Positions 52,720 through 61,387 of a stretch of DNA of 64,000 nt are shown here, piece after piece (position 1 is the stretch's first letter; each line of letters starts with the position of its first letter). Source of the stretch: Candidatus Wildermuthbacteria bacterium (GTDB taxonomy: Bacteria; Patescibacteriota; Minisyncoccia; Minisyncoccales; UBA10102); NCBI GenBank assembly GCA_016186115.1, contig JACPMK010000003.1:26470-90469 (forward strand), in the 5' to 3' direction. A program made the position numbers and the translations under genes. The notes beneath the pieces are model-generated. The model was not told the DNA's origin, ran no database searches, and saw only the letters and a list, made by a program, of their open reading frames with translations.

Positions 52720-54370
52720 GAAAGCAATTTTTATCCTTTTTATTCTTTTGGTTGCAGGAGGAGCTGCGGGGTTTTGGCTATGGCAGAAAAATACTTATTC
52801 CAAGGAGGCCTTAAAATTGGAAATCCTTGCTCCCAAAGAAGTTGAGGTTGGGGAAGAGCTAACGTATGTGGTGAAATATAAAAATAATGGAGATGTACGG
52901 TTGGAACATTCAAAACTTATCTTTGAGTATCCCGATGGGGCAATTCCTTCTGATGGCGGAGAGCAAAGAATTACTCAAGACCTTGAGGATATCTATCCCG
53001 GGCAGGAAGAGACCCGCAGGTTTTCGGCCCGTCTCTTTGGAAAAGAAGGCGATGTGAAACAAGCGCGGGCACAATTGACGTGGCAACCCAAGAATTTGAA
53101 TGCAGTGTATCGTTCCGAAACCGAAGCCAGCACCATGATTTCTTCTGTCCCATTGAGTTTTGAACTCGATCTTCCTTCCAAGGCAGAGAACGGCCAGAAA
53201 ATTGATTTTAGTTTGAACTATTTCTCCCAGGCCTCTTATCCCTTTTCCGACTTGCGCATTGGTATGGAATTCCCCGAAGGATTTGAGATGGTAAGCGCAA
53301 ATCCGGCCCCTATCGGCAATCGCGAGTGGCAGGTGGGTGTGCTCAATAAAGCAGCAGGAGGGAGAATACGGGTGCAGGGCATTATGCGCGGAGAATTGGA
53401 TCAAACAAAATTATTTCGGGCTACGATTGGCATCTGGAAAGACGGAGAATTCACGCTCCTCAAGGAAGTTGTCCGGGGTCTTGCCATTACCAAACCCGGG
53501 CTTCTCATTACGCAGACCATTAACGGTTCTCCGGCATACGTTGCGGCTTCCGGAGACGTACTTCATTACGAGATTTCTTTTCGTAATGTGAGCGAGAGAA
53601 ACTTGGAAAATCTTTTCCTGATTGTCAATCTCGATGGGGCTCCGCTTGATTTGGCATCGATCAAGCTCAATGCGGGAAAGTTCCAGCAGGGAGACAACTC
53701 TTTAACTTGGGGGTCGAAAGATATTCCAGCATTGCGTTTCCTTGGGCAAGGAGAAGAGGGGAAGGCAGAGTTTTGGGTGAATGTGAAGGATGAGTGGGAT
53801 GTGGTGAGCCAGCAAGACAAAAATTTTACAATTCAAGACAGGGTGTTGCTCTCCGATGCCAAAGAAGAATTTAGCACCAAGGTGAAGGCGAAACTTACAG
53901 TGGAGCAGAATGGATATTTTGAAAACGAGGCCTTTCCAAACAGCGGACCCCTGCCTCCCCAAGTTGGCAGGGCAACGAGCTACACTATTATTTGGAAAGC
54001 GCAAAATCTTTACAATGATGTTACAAATGCAAAAGTGCGGGCAGTTCTTCCTCAAGGCGTAGAACTTACCGGAGATGTTTTGCCAAGCGATGCTTCTTTG
54101 ACCTTTGATTCTCAATCAAGAGAAATTGTTTGGGATCTGAAGGATCTTGCCGCGGGAACGGGCAAATTCACTGCAGCTCCTTCGGTTGCATTTCAGGTGC
54201 GATTGATTCCTAATGATTCGCAGCGCGGCGCTGTCGCTCCTCTCATTGGTGAGGCGCGTATTACCGGCGAAGATGCCTTTGCTGGGATTACCCTGCAGCA
54301 TTCTGATCCTTCTATTGATACCTCACTTCCTGATGATCAAGCCAACTCCAAAGGTGGCATAGTCCAATAG
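52709..54370 (+). CDS. N-terminally anchored surface protein with repeated beta-sandwich (DUF11/CARDB-like) modules
   Basis: TM helix AIFILFILLVAGGAAGFWLW, then repeated modules such as GEELTYVVKYKNNGDV and GDVLHYEISFRNVSE. GTG at 52697 is an alternative start. Confidence 0.5.
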   Translation: MNPKKAIFILFILLVAGGAAGFWLWQKNTYSKEALKLEILAPKEVEVGEELTYVVKYKNNGDVRLEHSKLIFEYPDGAIPSDGGEQRITQDLEDIYPGQEETRRFSARLFGKEGDVKQARAQLTWQPKNLNAVYRSETEASTMISSVPLSFELDLPSKAENGQKIDFSLNYFSQASYPFSDLRIGMEFPEGFEMVSANPAPIGNREWQVGVLNKAAGGRIRVQGIMRGELDQTKLFRATIGIWKDGEFTLLKEVVRGLAITKPGLLITQTINGSPAYVAASGDVLHYEISFRNVSERNLENLFLIVNLDGAPLDLASIKLNAGKFQQGDNSLTWGSKDIPALRFLGQGEEGKAEFWVNVKDEWDVVSQQDKNFTIQDRVLLSDAKEEFSTKVKAKLTVEQNGYFENEAFPNSGPLPPQVGRATSYTIIWKAQNLYNDVTNAKVRAVLPQGVELTGDVLPSDASLTFDSQSREIVWDLKDLAAGTGKFTAAPSVAFQVRLIPNDSQRGAVAPLIGEARITGEDAFAGITLQHSDPSIDTSLPDDQANSKGGIVQ

Positions 54371-54436
54371 AGGAATAAACGCGGGGCGCAGCAAGTCCCA
54401 CTTTTATTTTTGGGAAAATCCAGTAGAATAGAGCCA

Positions 54437-55801
54437 ATGGAAGATCTGATGCAAAAAATTACAAACTTGGCAAAGCGCCGCGGATTCATTTTCCCCTCGT
54501 CGGAAATTTACGGAGGAGTGGAGGCATTATGGGATTACGGGCCTCTCGGCAGCATTTTGAAAAATAATCTCAAGCGTGCGTGGATCAAGCGCTTTATTCA
54601 GCAGAGAGACGATGTTGCGCTTATTGATGCCGCAATTTTAATGCATCCTCAAGTATGGAAGGCATCGGGGCATGTCGAACATTTTACCGATCCTTTGATC
54701 GAATGCAAAACCTGCCACAGCAGATTTCGCGCAGATCACATGATCGATGGCCGTTTTGTCGGGCAGGGCGAAGCCAAAGAGCCCAATCAATGTCCCACAT
54801 GCGGCGACAAGGACTTTACTCCGGCAAGACAATTCAATCTAATGTTTAAGACCTTTTTGGGGCCGGTTGAAAATGAAACCAATGTCACATACTTGCGGCC
54901 AGAAACCGCGCAGGCAATGTTCACCAACTTCCAGTTGGTGCAGGAATCGCAGCGTTTGCAGGTTCCATTTGGTATTGCTCAAGTAGGAAGATCTTTCCGT
55001 AATGAAATCACAACCGGCAATTTTATTTTCCGTTCCCGTGAGTTCGAAATTGCAGAAATCGAATATTTTGTTCAGCCGTGGCAAGATGATGCGGTATTTG
55101 AAACATGGCTCAACGAATGGAAACAATTCTGTGTGGCAGCGGGTTTATCCGAGAAAAATCTCCGCCTCTTCGAGCATCCCAAAGGAAGTTTGGCGCATTA
55201 TTCAAAACGAACTGTCGATATAGAGTATCGTTTTCCCTTTGGATGGGGCGAGATTGCGGGTGTGGCAAATCGTACTGATTTTGATTTGAAGCAACACGCG
55301 GAAGCGTCAGGCAAAAAGCTCGATATACTAGACGAGAAAACAGGAAAGAAATATATTCCCTTTGTGATCGAGCCGACTCTCGGCATTGACCGGTTGCTCT
55401 TGGCGATTTTTTGCGAAGCATACGAAGAGGTTGGAGGCGGACGCACCACAACCACAAAAGCAGCAAAAGAAAAAGAAATAGTGTTGCATCTTCCGCCCCT
55501 CCTTGCGCCTGTTCAGGTTGCGGTATTGCCGCTCGTCCGCAACAAGCAAGAGCTGACCGTACGAGCGCGCGAGGTTTTCAAACTCCTCAAGCAGCATTTT
55601 ATGTGCCAATACGACGAAACCGGATCCATTGGCAGACGCTACCGGAGACAAGATGAAATCGGCACGCCCTTTTGCGTAACGGTTGATTTCGAGAGCGTGC
55701 AAAAAAATGACGTGACGTTGCGGGACCGCGATACCATGAAGCAAGACCGCGTTTCCCTGCTCGACCTTGTATCAGCAATAAAAGAACGAATCCATGTTTA
55801 G
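54437..55801 (+). CDS. glyQS: Glycyl-tRNA synthetase (class II, dimeric GlyQS type)
   Basis: RRGFIFPSSEIYGG, FRNEITTGNFIFRSREF (motif 2), GIDRLLLAI (motif 3), C-terminal anticodon-binding domain. Confidence 0.95.
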   Translation: MEDLMQKITNLAKRRGFIFPSSEIYGGVEALWDYGPLGSILKNNLKRAWIKRFIQQRDDVALIDAAILMHPQVWKASGHVEHFTDPLIECKTCHSRFRADHMIDGRFVGQGEAKEPNQCPTCGDKDFTPARQFNLMFKTFLGPVENETNVTYLRPETAQAMFTNFQLVQESQRLQVPFGIAQVGRSFRNEITTGNFIFRSREFEIAEIEYFVQPWQDDAVFETWLNEWKQFCVAAGLSEKNLRLFEHPKGSLAHYSKRTVDIEYRFPFGWGEIAGVANRTDFDLKQHAEASGKKLDILDEKTGKKYIPFVIEPTLGIDRLLLAIFCEAYEEVGGGRTTTTKAAKEKEIVLHLPPLLAPVQVAVLPLVRNKQELTVRAREVFKLLKQHFMCQYDETGSIGRRYRRQDEIGTPFCVTVDFESVQKNDVTLRDRDTMKQDRVSLLDLVSAIKERIHV

Positions 55802-57059
55802 AAAAATTATTCTTCCTAACGGTCTGCGCTTAATTACCGTTCCCCAGAAAGAGACAAAGGCGGTCACTCTTTTGATTTTGGTTGGAACAGGATCAAAATA
55901 TGAGACCAAAGATATTATGGGCATCTCCCATTTCCTTGAGCACATGTTTTTTAAGGGCACCAAAAAACGCCCTACGCCCATCAAGGTAACAGAGGTGATT
56001 GATCGGGTTGGGGGCATATGTAACGCCTTTACCAGTCAGGATTACACCGGATATTGGGCAAAGGTGGATGCTTCGCATTTTGATTTGGCGTTGGATTGGG
56101 TTTCTGATATTTTTCTGAATTCTTTGCTTTCTCCAAAAGAAATCGAGAAAGAGAAAGGAGTAGTTATTGAAGAGATTAATATGTATCGCGATACTCCGAT
56201 GAGGCATATCGAAGAGATGTGGCCAGCTCTTTTGTATGGGGATCAGCCGGCCGGCTGGGATATTGCAGGGACAAAGGAAAGCGTGCATTCGTTAACAAGA
56301 GCAGATTTTCTTGGCTATATGCAGAGACAGTATGTTGTTTCTAATACCATTGTATGTGTCGCAGGGAATATTGACGGAGATAAGGTGGCGCGAAAGGTGG
56401 AGCAGTCATTCCGCGGTATTTCCGATTCTCCATTTCAAAAAAGATCGAAAGTCGTGGAACATCAAACAGCTCCGGCTGTTGCGCTTGAGTTTCGAAAAAC
56501 CGATCAAACTCACATTGCGATTGGTTCTCGCGCATGGAATCTTTTCCATCCCCAGCGCTTTACCCAGGAAGTATTGGCAAATATTTTAGGAGGGATGATG
56601 AGTTCCCGGCTTTTTGTTGAGGTGCGCGAAAAACTAGGGCTTGCCTATCGTATCTCTACTCAAAGTGAAACAAATCCTGATACCGGCTGGGTTGTCACGA
56701 TAGCTGGCCTCAAAAATGAATTTGTAGAAAAGGCAATCAAGGTTATTCTTAAGGAGTACAAGCGCATTGCCGAGGTAAAAGTAGGGCCTCGCGAATTGAA
56801 CAAGGCAAAGGATCATTTAATAGGAGAAATGACCCTGCGCTTGGAATCGTCCGACGAAAAGGCCTCGTTTTACGGCTTTCAAGAAATTCTTGAGAAGCGC
56901 ATCTTAACCCCGGAAAAGGTCTATGCTAAGATAAAAGAAGTAACGGCAGAGGATGTTTCTCTTCTTGCAAAAGAAATTTTCCGTCCCGAGCGTCTTAATT
57001 TAGCAGTGCTGGGTCCTTTCCAAGAGAAAACGCGTTTTGAACAATTACTATCTCTATGA
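55794..57059 (+). CDS. M16 family (pitrilysin/insulinase-like) zinc peptidase
   Basis: HFLEHMFFKGT (HxxEH) motif and two-domain length. Confidence 0.85.
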   Translation: MFRKIILPNGLRLITVPQKETKAVTLLILVGTGSKYETKDIMGISHFLEHMFFKGTKKRPTPIKVTEVIDRVGGICNAFTSQDYTGYWAKVDASHFDLALDWVSDIFLNSLLSPKEIEKEKGVVIEEINMYRDTPMRHIEEMWPALLYGDQPAGWDIAGTKESVHSLTRADFLGYMQRQYVVSNTIVCVAGNIDGDKVARKVEQSFRGISDSPFQKRSKVVEHQTAPAVALEFRKTDQTHIAIGSRAWNLFHPQRFTQEVLANILGGMMSSRLFVEVREKLGLAYRISTQSETNPDTGWVVTIAGLKNEFVEKAIKVILKEYKRIAEVKVGPRELNKAKDHLIGEMTLRLESSDEKASFYGFQEILEKRILTPEKVYAKIKEVTAEDVSLLAKEIFRPERLNLAVLGPFQEKTRFEQLLSL

Positions 57060-58117
57060 ACGAACAACGGGTGCTCGACATTTCATGGGGCACTATCGTC
57101 AAGCTTTCCATTGCGGCCCTTATTATTTATGTGGTGTTTTTGATCCGGGATCTTTTAATATGGATTCTCTTCGGTATTATTATCTCCATTATTTTTGATC
57201 CTGCCCTTGATTTTCTAAAAAAACGAAGAGTGCCCCGTACATTTGCTGCGGTCGGGCTTTATTTGATTGTATTCGGGCTTATCGCATTTGCTATTTATGC
57301 CACTGCCCCATTATTTATCGGGGAGGTGCAGCGTTTTTCTCAATTTTTGCCGCGTTATCTGGAAAATCTGCTGCCTGCGCTGGAAGATTTGGGGATAGCT
57401 GCTTTTTCTGATCTCGACGCACTCGTAAGCGCTCTTACAGAAAATGTACAGGAAAATTCGGCAAATATCTTGAGAGCCCTTGGCGCAATATTCGGAGGTA
57501 TTTTTTCTACTATTTTTGTTATCAGCATTGCCCTGTTTCTTTCTATCGAGGAAAAGGCAATGGAGCGCATGCTGCTTTTGCTTTTCCCCAAGAGATACGA
57601 AATATTTGTTCTTGATGTGTGGAGGCGTTCGCAAAGAAAGGTAGCAGGATGGTTTTTCTCTCGCGTATTAAGCTCCATTTTCGTTGGGGCTGCAACCTAT
57701 GCTGCTCTTGCTCTCTTTGACGTGCGTTATCCTCTTATTTTGAGTTTGATCTCCGGATTTTTGAATTTCATTCCTATTATTGGGCCTTTTATTGCAGGGT
57801 TTATCGTTGTGATTGTTGTGGCGTTTGATCCCGTAACCTTTGCTACGGGCGGGATTAACCTTTTGCGAGTAGTTTTTGTGGTCTTGGCCATGATTTTGAT
57901 TCAGCAGATTGAGAGTTACATTTTAACGCCACTTTTAACAAAGCGATTCATCGGTATGTCTCCGGTGCTGGTGTTGGTTGCATTGGCTATCGGCGGAGAA
58001 TTATGGGGAATTATGGGAGCTATTTTGGCGATTCCTCTTTTTGGAATCGTCTTTGAATTCTTCCGCGACTTTTTGCAGCGGAGGCGGGAAGAAGAAACGG
58101 CTACCCCTCTTGTGTAA
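57056..58117 (+). CDS. AI-2E family transporter (PerM/UPF0118)
   Basis: About 8 TM helices with the characteristic C-terminal GxxGxxLAIPL region. Confidence 0.8.
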   Translation: MNEQRVLDISWGTIVKLSIAALIIYVVFLIRDLLIWILFGIIISIIFDPALDFLKKRRVPRTFAAVGLYLIVFGLIAFAIYATAPLFIGEVQRFSQFLPRYLENLLPALEDLGIAAFSDLDALVSALTENVQENSANILRALGAIFGGIFSTIFVISIALFLSIEEKAMERMLLLLFPKRYEIFVLDVWRRSQRKVAGWFFSRVLSSIFVGAATYAALALFDVRYPLILSLISGFLNFIPIIGPFIAGFIVVIVVAFDPVTFATGGINLLRVVFVVLAMILIQQIESYILTPLLTKRFIGMSPVLVLVALAIGGELWGIMGAILAIPLFGIVFEFFRDFLQRRREEETATPLV

Positions 58118-58788
58118 TGGGCACTCTTTTTATTGTCGCCACACCAATCGGCAATCTCGAAGATATTACTCATCGGGCGCTTCGCGTATTGCGCCAAGCA
58201 GATTTTATCTTATGCGAAGATACAAGGGTTACCAAGAAATTGCTCGATCATTACGGAATTGCAACTCCAACGTTGAGCTATCATCAACACAGCACTCCAG
58301 AGAAGATGAGCTATGTTTTTGGTCTTTTATCTACTGGAAAGAATATCGCATTGGTTTCTGATTCCGGAACTCCCGGAATTGCAGACCCCGGCAATGAACT
58401 CATCGAATTTTTGCTCCAGAAAAATCCCGGAATAAACATAGCTCCTATTCCTGGCCCTTCTGCGGTCGCCGCAATCGCAAGCATTTCTGGGTTTCCAACG
58501 AATTCCTTTTTATTCTTGGGATATCCGCCGAGTAAAAAAGGCAGAAAGAAATTTTTTGAGAAAGTTGCAGAGTCGCAATGCCCAGTGATTTTCTACGAGT
58601 CGCCCTACCGGATTATAAAAACTCTGCAGCAGTTGCAGGAGTTAAGCCCAGAGGTATATGCGGTAGTGGGCAGGGAACTTACCAAACAATTCGAAACAAT
58701 CTCCCGCGGCCCTATTGACCAAGTGCTCCAAATAATGCAGAAAGATAAGGTAAAAGGAGAATTTGTGGTAATTGTATACAACCAATGA
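58117..58788 (+). CDS. rsmI: 16S rRNA (cytidine1402-2'-O)-methyltransferase
   Basis: LFIVATPIGNLEDIT, CEDTR, DSGTPGIADPG, and a tetrapyrrole-methylase fold pattern. Confidence 0.9.
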   Translation: MGTLFIVATPIGNLEDITHRALRVLRQADFILCEDTRVTKKLLDHYGIATPTLSYHQHSTPEKMSYVFGLLSTGKNIALVSDSGTPGIADPGNELIEFLLQKNPGINIAPIPGPSAVAAIASISGFPTNSFLFLGYPPSKKGRKKFFEKVAESQCPVIFYESPYRIIKTLQQLQELSPEVYAVVGRELTKQFETISRGPIDQVLQIMQKDKVKGEFVVIVYNQ

Positions 58789-60278
58789 ACAAAAAATTCT
58801 ATATCACAACTGCAATTCCCTATGTGAATGCCCGCCCGCACATCGGGCATGCTTTGGAATTTATTCAGGCCGATGTCATTGCGCGCTACCATCGTCTGAA
58901 GGGTGAGGAGGTTTTGCTTTTGTCTGGAAGCGATGAGAATGCGCTTAAAAATGTTCAAGCCGCCCAGAGCGCCGGAGTCCCTGTGCAGCAATTTATTGAT
59001 GAAAACGCCGTGCTTTTTGTCGAGTTGGCCAATGCGCTTGGCGTGCAATTCGACGTATTTCAAAAGGGAAGCAGCAAAGAACACCATCTCTCCAGTCAGA
59101 AACTGTGGCAACTTTGCGCCGAAAATGGGGATATCTACAAAAAATCCTACGAAGGTTTGTACTGCACGGGATGCGAAGCATTTTATACTCCAGATGAGCT
59201 TGATGCGAATCAGGAATGCCTTGAGCATCCCGGCCGAAAACTCGAGAGCGTCTCCGAAGAAAATTATTTTTTCAAACTTTCACGATATCAGGACAAAATC
59301 ATTAGTGTATTGGAAAGCGATGAATTGGAAATTGTTCCCGCGACCCGAAAAAATGAAATGCTCGCTTTTTTGAAACAGACACTGCAAGATATTAGCATTT
59401 CGCGCACCAATGAACGCGCCAAAAATTGGGGCGTGCCAGTTCCGGCCGATGATTCTCAAAGAATGTATGTTTGGTTCGATGCCCTCAATATGTATCAGTC
59501 GGGAGTTGGATTTGGATTAGATGAACAAAAGCATAACAAGTGGTGGCCGGCAGATATTCATGTGATTGGCAAGGGGATTATTCGTTTTCACGCGGTGTAC
59601 TGGCCGGCATTTCTTTTGTCGGCTGGGTTGCCTTTGCCCAAGAAAATCTTTGTTCATGGCTATATCACTTCAAGCGGACAAAAAATGTCAAAGACACTGG
59701 GAAATGTGGTTGATCCTTTTCCGCTTGTCGAAAAATATGGAAGTGGTGCAGTACGTTACTTTTTCTTGCGCGAAATTCCGCCGACAGAAGACGGCGATTT
59801 TTCCTATGAAAAATTCGAAGAGAGGTATAATTCTGACCTTGCGAGTGGTTTGGGAAATCTTGTCGCGAGAGTACTCGCGCTTGTAGGAAAAATAAATCCG
59901 AAATCCTTTGACAAGCTCAGAATCCCGAGCGAAGTCGAGGGACAAATTCAAAGTCCAAAACTGCGGGAAATTATAAATGCAGCGAGAGAAAAGGTGGATA
60001 CGGCGTTGGAAAAGTTTCAGTTTCAGGATGCGTTGATTGCCATTTGGGATGTGATTCATTTTTGCGACAGATATATTGAGGAGAAAAAACCGTGGTCTTT
60101 CGACTTCGCTCAAGATAAACCCGATCAAAAAGAAGTAATCGACGATTTATTGCTAGCAATTTTAGCAATCGGCACGCTTCTCAAGCCATTTCTCCCCGCG
60201 ACTTCAGAGAAAATAGCGAATCAATTGCAACATGGAAAAGGCGATCCTCTCTTCCCGCGTCTTGACAGAAATGTATGA
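58785..60278 (+). CDS. metG: Methionyl-tRNA synthetase (short form)
   Basis: PYVNARPHIGH (HIGH), KMSKTLGN, zinc knuckle CTGCEAF, C-terminal anticodon-binding helices. Confidence 0.95.
   Translation: MNKKFYITTAIPYVNARPHIGHALEFIQADVIARYHRLKGEEVLLLSGSDENALKNVQAAQSAGVPVQQFIDENAVLFVELANALGVQFDVFQKGSSKEHHLSSQKLWQLCAENGDIYKKSYEGLYCTGCEAFYTPDELDANQECLEHPGRKLESVSEENYFFKLSRYQDKIISVLESDELEIVPATRKNEMLAFLKQTLQDISISRTNERAKNWGVPVPADDSQRMYVWFDALNMYQSGVGFGLDEQKHNKWWPADIHVIGKGIIRFHAVYWPAFLLSAGLPLPKKIFVHGYITSSGQKMSKTLGNVVDPFPLVEKYGSGAVRYFFLREIPPTEDGDFSYEKFEERYNSDLASGLGNLVARVLALVGKINPKSFDKLRIPSEVEGQIQSPKLREIINAAREKVDTALEKFQFQDALIAIWDVIHFCDRYIEEKKPWSFDFAQDKPDQKEVIDDLLLAILAIGTLLKPFLPATSEKIANQLQHGKGDPLFPRLDRNV
59894..59941 (+). 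repeat. In-frame composite insertion in metG: two AAATCCN heptamers plus an imperfect palindrome
   Basis: AAATCCG AAATCCT, then CCTTTGAC (59905-12) / GTCGAGGG (59934-41) pairing with two G-U, and an inner GCTC/GAGC. Translated NPKSFDKLRIPSEVEG. Confidence 0.55.
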
Positions 60279-60289
60279 AAAAGTATACT
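60262..60289 (+). promoter_or_regulatory. Sigma70-type promoter overlapping the metG 3' end (cassette A)
   Basis: TTGACA (60262-67), 16-nt spacer, TATACT (60284-89). Confidence 0.6.
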
Positions 60290-60298
60290 ACACTAATC

Positions 60299-60379
60299 AT
60301 GAGCAGCCAGATCAGAAAAGGATTTTATTTCTTCTTTTTTACCAGCCCCGGCGAAGAGCGAGGTCGTTATTCTTGTTAA
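60299..60379 (+). CDS. Candidate near-leaderless leader peptide with a Phe/Tyr run (26 aa)
   Basis: MSSQIRKGFYFFFFTSPGEERGRYSC. The ATG is about 3-4 nt from the predicted TSS. The F/Y codons 60323-60340 are followed directly by ACCAGCCCC, which can pair with the terminator 3' arm. Confidence 0.35.
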   Translation: MSSQIRKGFYFFFFTSPGEERGRYSC

Positions 60380-60405
60380 TCGAAAACATCTAACCAAGAA
60401 ATCAC

Positions 60406-60441
60406 CCAGCCCTTCGTCAAACGAGGGGCTGGTTTTCTTTT
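60406..60441 (+). terminator. Rho-independent terminator / attenuator in the leader of the 117-aa ORF
   Basis: CCAGCCCTTCG-TCAAA-CGAGGGGCTGG (11 bp, one G-U) followed by TTTTCTTTT. Confidence 0.7.
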
Positions 60442-60542
60442 CGCCCTGCGGCGAAAAGACGATGTTTTCTGATGAGAGCTCCAACACATTCGGGTTTCTC
60501 ACCAGAGAAGATCTTAACTATCTCTGGTTAAGGAGGGAAACA

Positions 60543-60896
60543 ATGGCCGAACATCGTATGGGTATAATACAGGGTAGCACTGGAACGCTCAAAGAGGTTC
60601 TTGGAATGCTTGGGGTGTCGATAACAAAATTCGCATTCCAAGGGCATAATTCGTCGGACTCGTGTGGACAGCAAGGGGTGCATCCTCCTCACGTACTGGA
60701 GGAGTATAGACATTATTGCATTGGGAAAGCTGGCTGTGTGGGAGAGGATGTGCTTATCGTAATTGCCGAAGAACGGCAACTGTACCCAGCACGTGCAAAA
60801 GGGATTTACTTCCTCCTTCCAAGAAATGCATTCCCCTCTTTCCGGGATCCGCTTATGCAAGTTGGCGTAGGGCAAGGTCCTGGATATACCGGCTAA
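60543..60896 (+). CDS. Orphan protein, 117 aa, SD-led (P3)
   Basis: AAGGAGG (60530-36), 6-nt spacer, ATG at 60543. Cys/His-rich middle (SCGQQGVHPPH...YRHYCIGKAGCVGED). No family recognised. Confidence 0.55.
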   Translation: MAEHRMGIIQGSTGTLKEVLGMLGVSITKFAFQGHNSSDSCGQQGVHPPHVLEEYRHYCIGKAGCVGEDVLIVIAEERQLYPARAKGIYFLLPRNAFPSFRDPLMQVGVGQGPGYTG

Positions 60897-60917
60897 ATCT
60901 GGAAAGTACGGCCTATA

Positions 60918-60953
60918 GGGCGGAGCTTTACCGAGCTCCGCCCGTTTTCTTTT
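60918..60953 (+). terminator. Rho-independent terminator
   Basis: GGGCGGAGCT-TTACCG-AGCTCCGCCC (10 bp) followed by GTTTTCTTTT. Confidence 0.8.
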
Positions 60954-60998
60954 GACAAGCAGTTGACAACCCTGTTTTCAATTTGCTATGGTTATAAT
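60952..60998 (+). promoter_or_regulatory. Promoter of cassette B
   Basis: Consensus TATAAT at 60993-98. Two TTGACA copies (60952-57, 60963-68) are spaced too far away for a canonical -35, so the -35 is ambiguous. Confidence 0.45.
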
Positions 60999-61008
60999 AC
61001 TTGAGCTT

Positions 61009-61095
61009 ATGAAGAAAATCTCCCAAACAATGTTGCTTTTGTTGGTCTTGGTAACTAATCCTACTCGGTTGGGAGATTTTGATCGCAGAAGTTAA
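61009..61095 (+). CDS. Candidate near-leaderless leader peptide with a Leu/Val run (28 aa)
   Basis: MKKISQTMLLLLVLVTNPTRLGDFDRRS. The TTG CTT TTG TTG GTC TTG GTA codons are in phase. The ORF spans attenuator segments 1 and 2. Confidence 0.5.
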   Translation: MKKISQTMLLLLVLVTNPTRLGDFDRRS

Positions 61096-61121
61096 AAATA
61101 CAAAATTCCTTGCGACAACGT

Positions 61122-61153
61122 AACCTCCCAACCGCGGGAGGTTTCTTCTTTTG
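61122..61153 (+). terminator. Rho-independent terminator (segments 3:4 of the cassette B attenuator)
   Basis: AACCTCCC-AACCGC-GGGAGGTT followed by TCTTCTTTTGTCTT. Confidence 0.75.
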
Positions 61154-61327
61154 TCTTGAGGAGTAAGGAAAAGTTTATTCCTTATTCCCCAGGCCAGAAG
61201 AGTATGTCTGGTTTGGAGCAGCAAGTTCACCTACCATAAGCGTGAGCGTGCTGTAGGAAGATAATCCTGCGATCGGGTAACATCTGTGAGCAGGATAATC
61301 CTCTGAATTGCTAAGGAGGAGAACGAG

Positions 61328-61387
61328 GTGGTTGAGAAGACCCCCCACTTTCTTGGCTGCTTCGTTCTCTTCCCGCGCAATGTTTAG
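61328..61387 (+). CDS. Possible 19-aa micro-ORF, SD-led
   Basis: AAGGAGG (61313-19), 8-nt spacer, GTG at 61328. Encodes MVEKTPHFLGCFVLFPRNV. Confidence 0.25.
   Translation: MVEKTPHFLGCFVLFPRNV

Noticed and set aside
13142-60278. T-box or other riboswitch leaders upstream of the aaRS genes (tyrS, argS, ileS, glyQS, metG)
   Set aside because: The upstream gaps are 0-100 nt with no specifier or terminator architecture. Most of these genes are translationally coupled to upstream genes.
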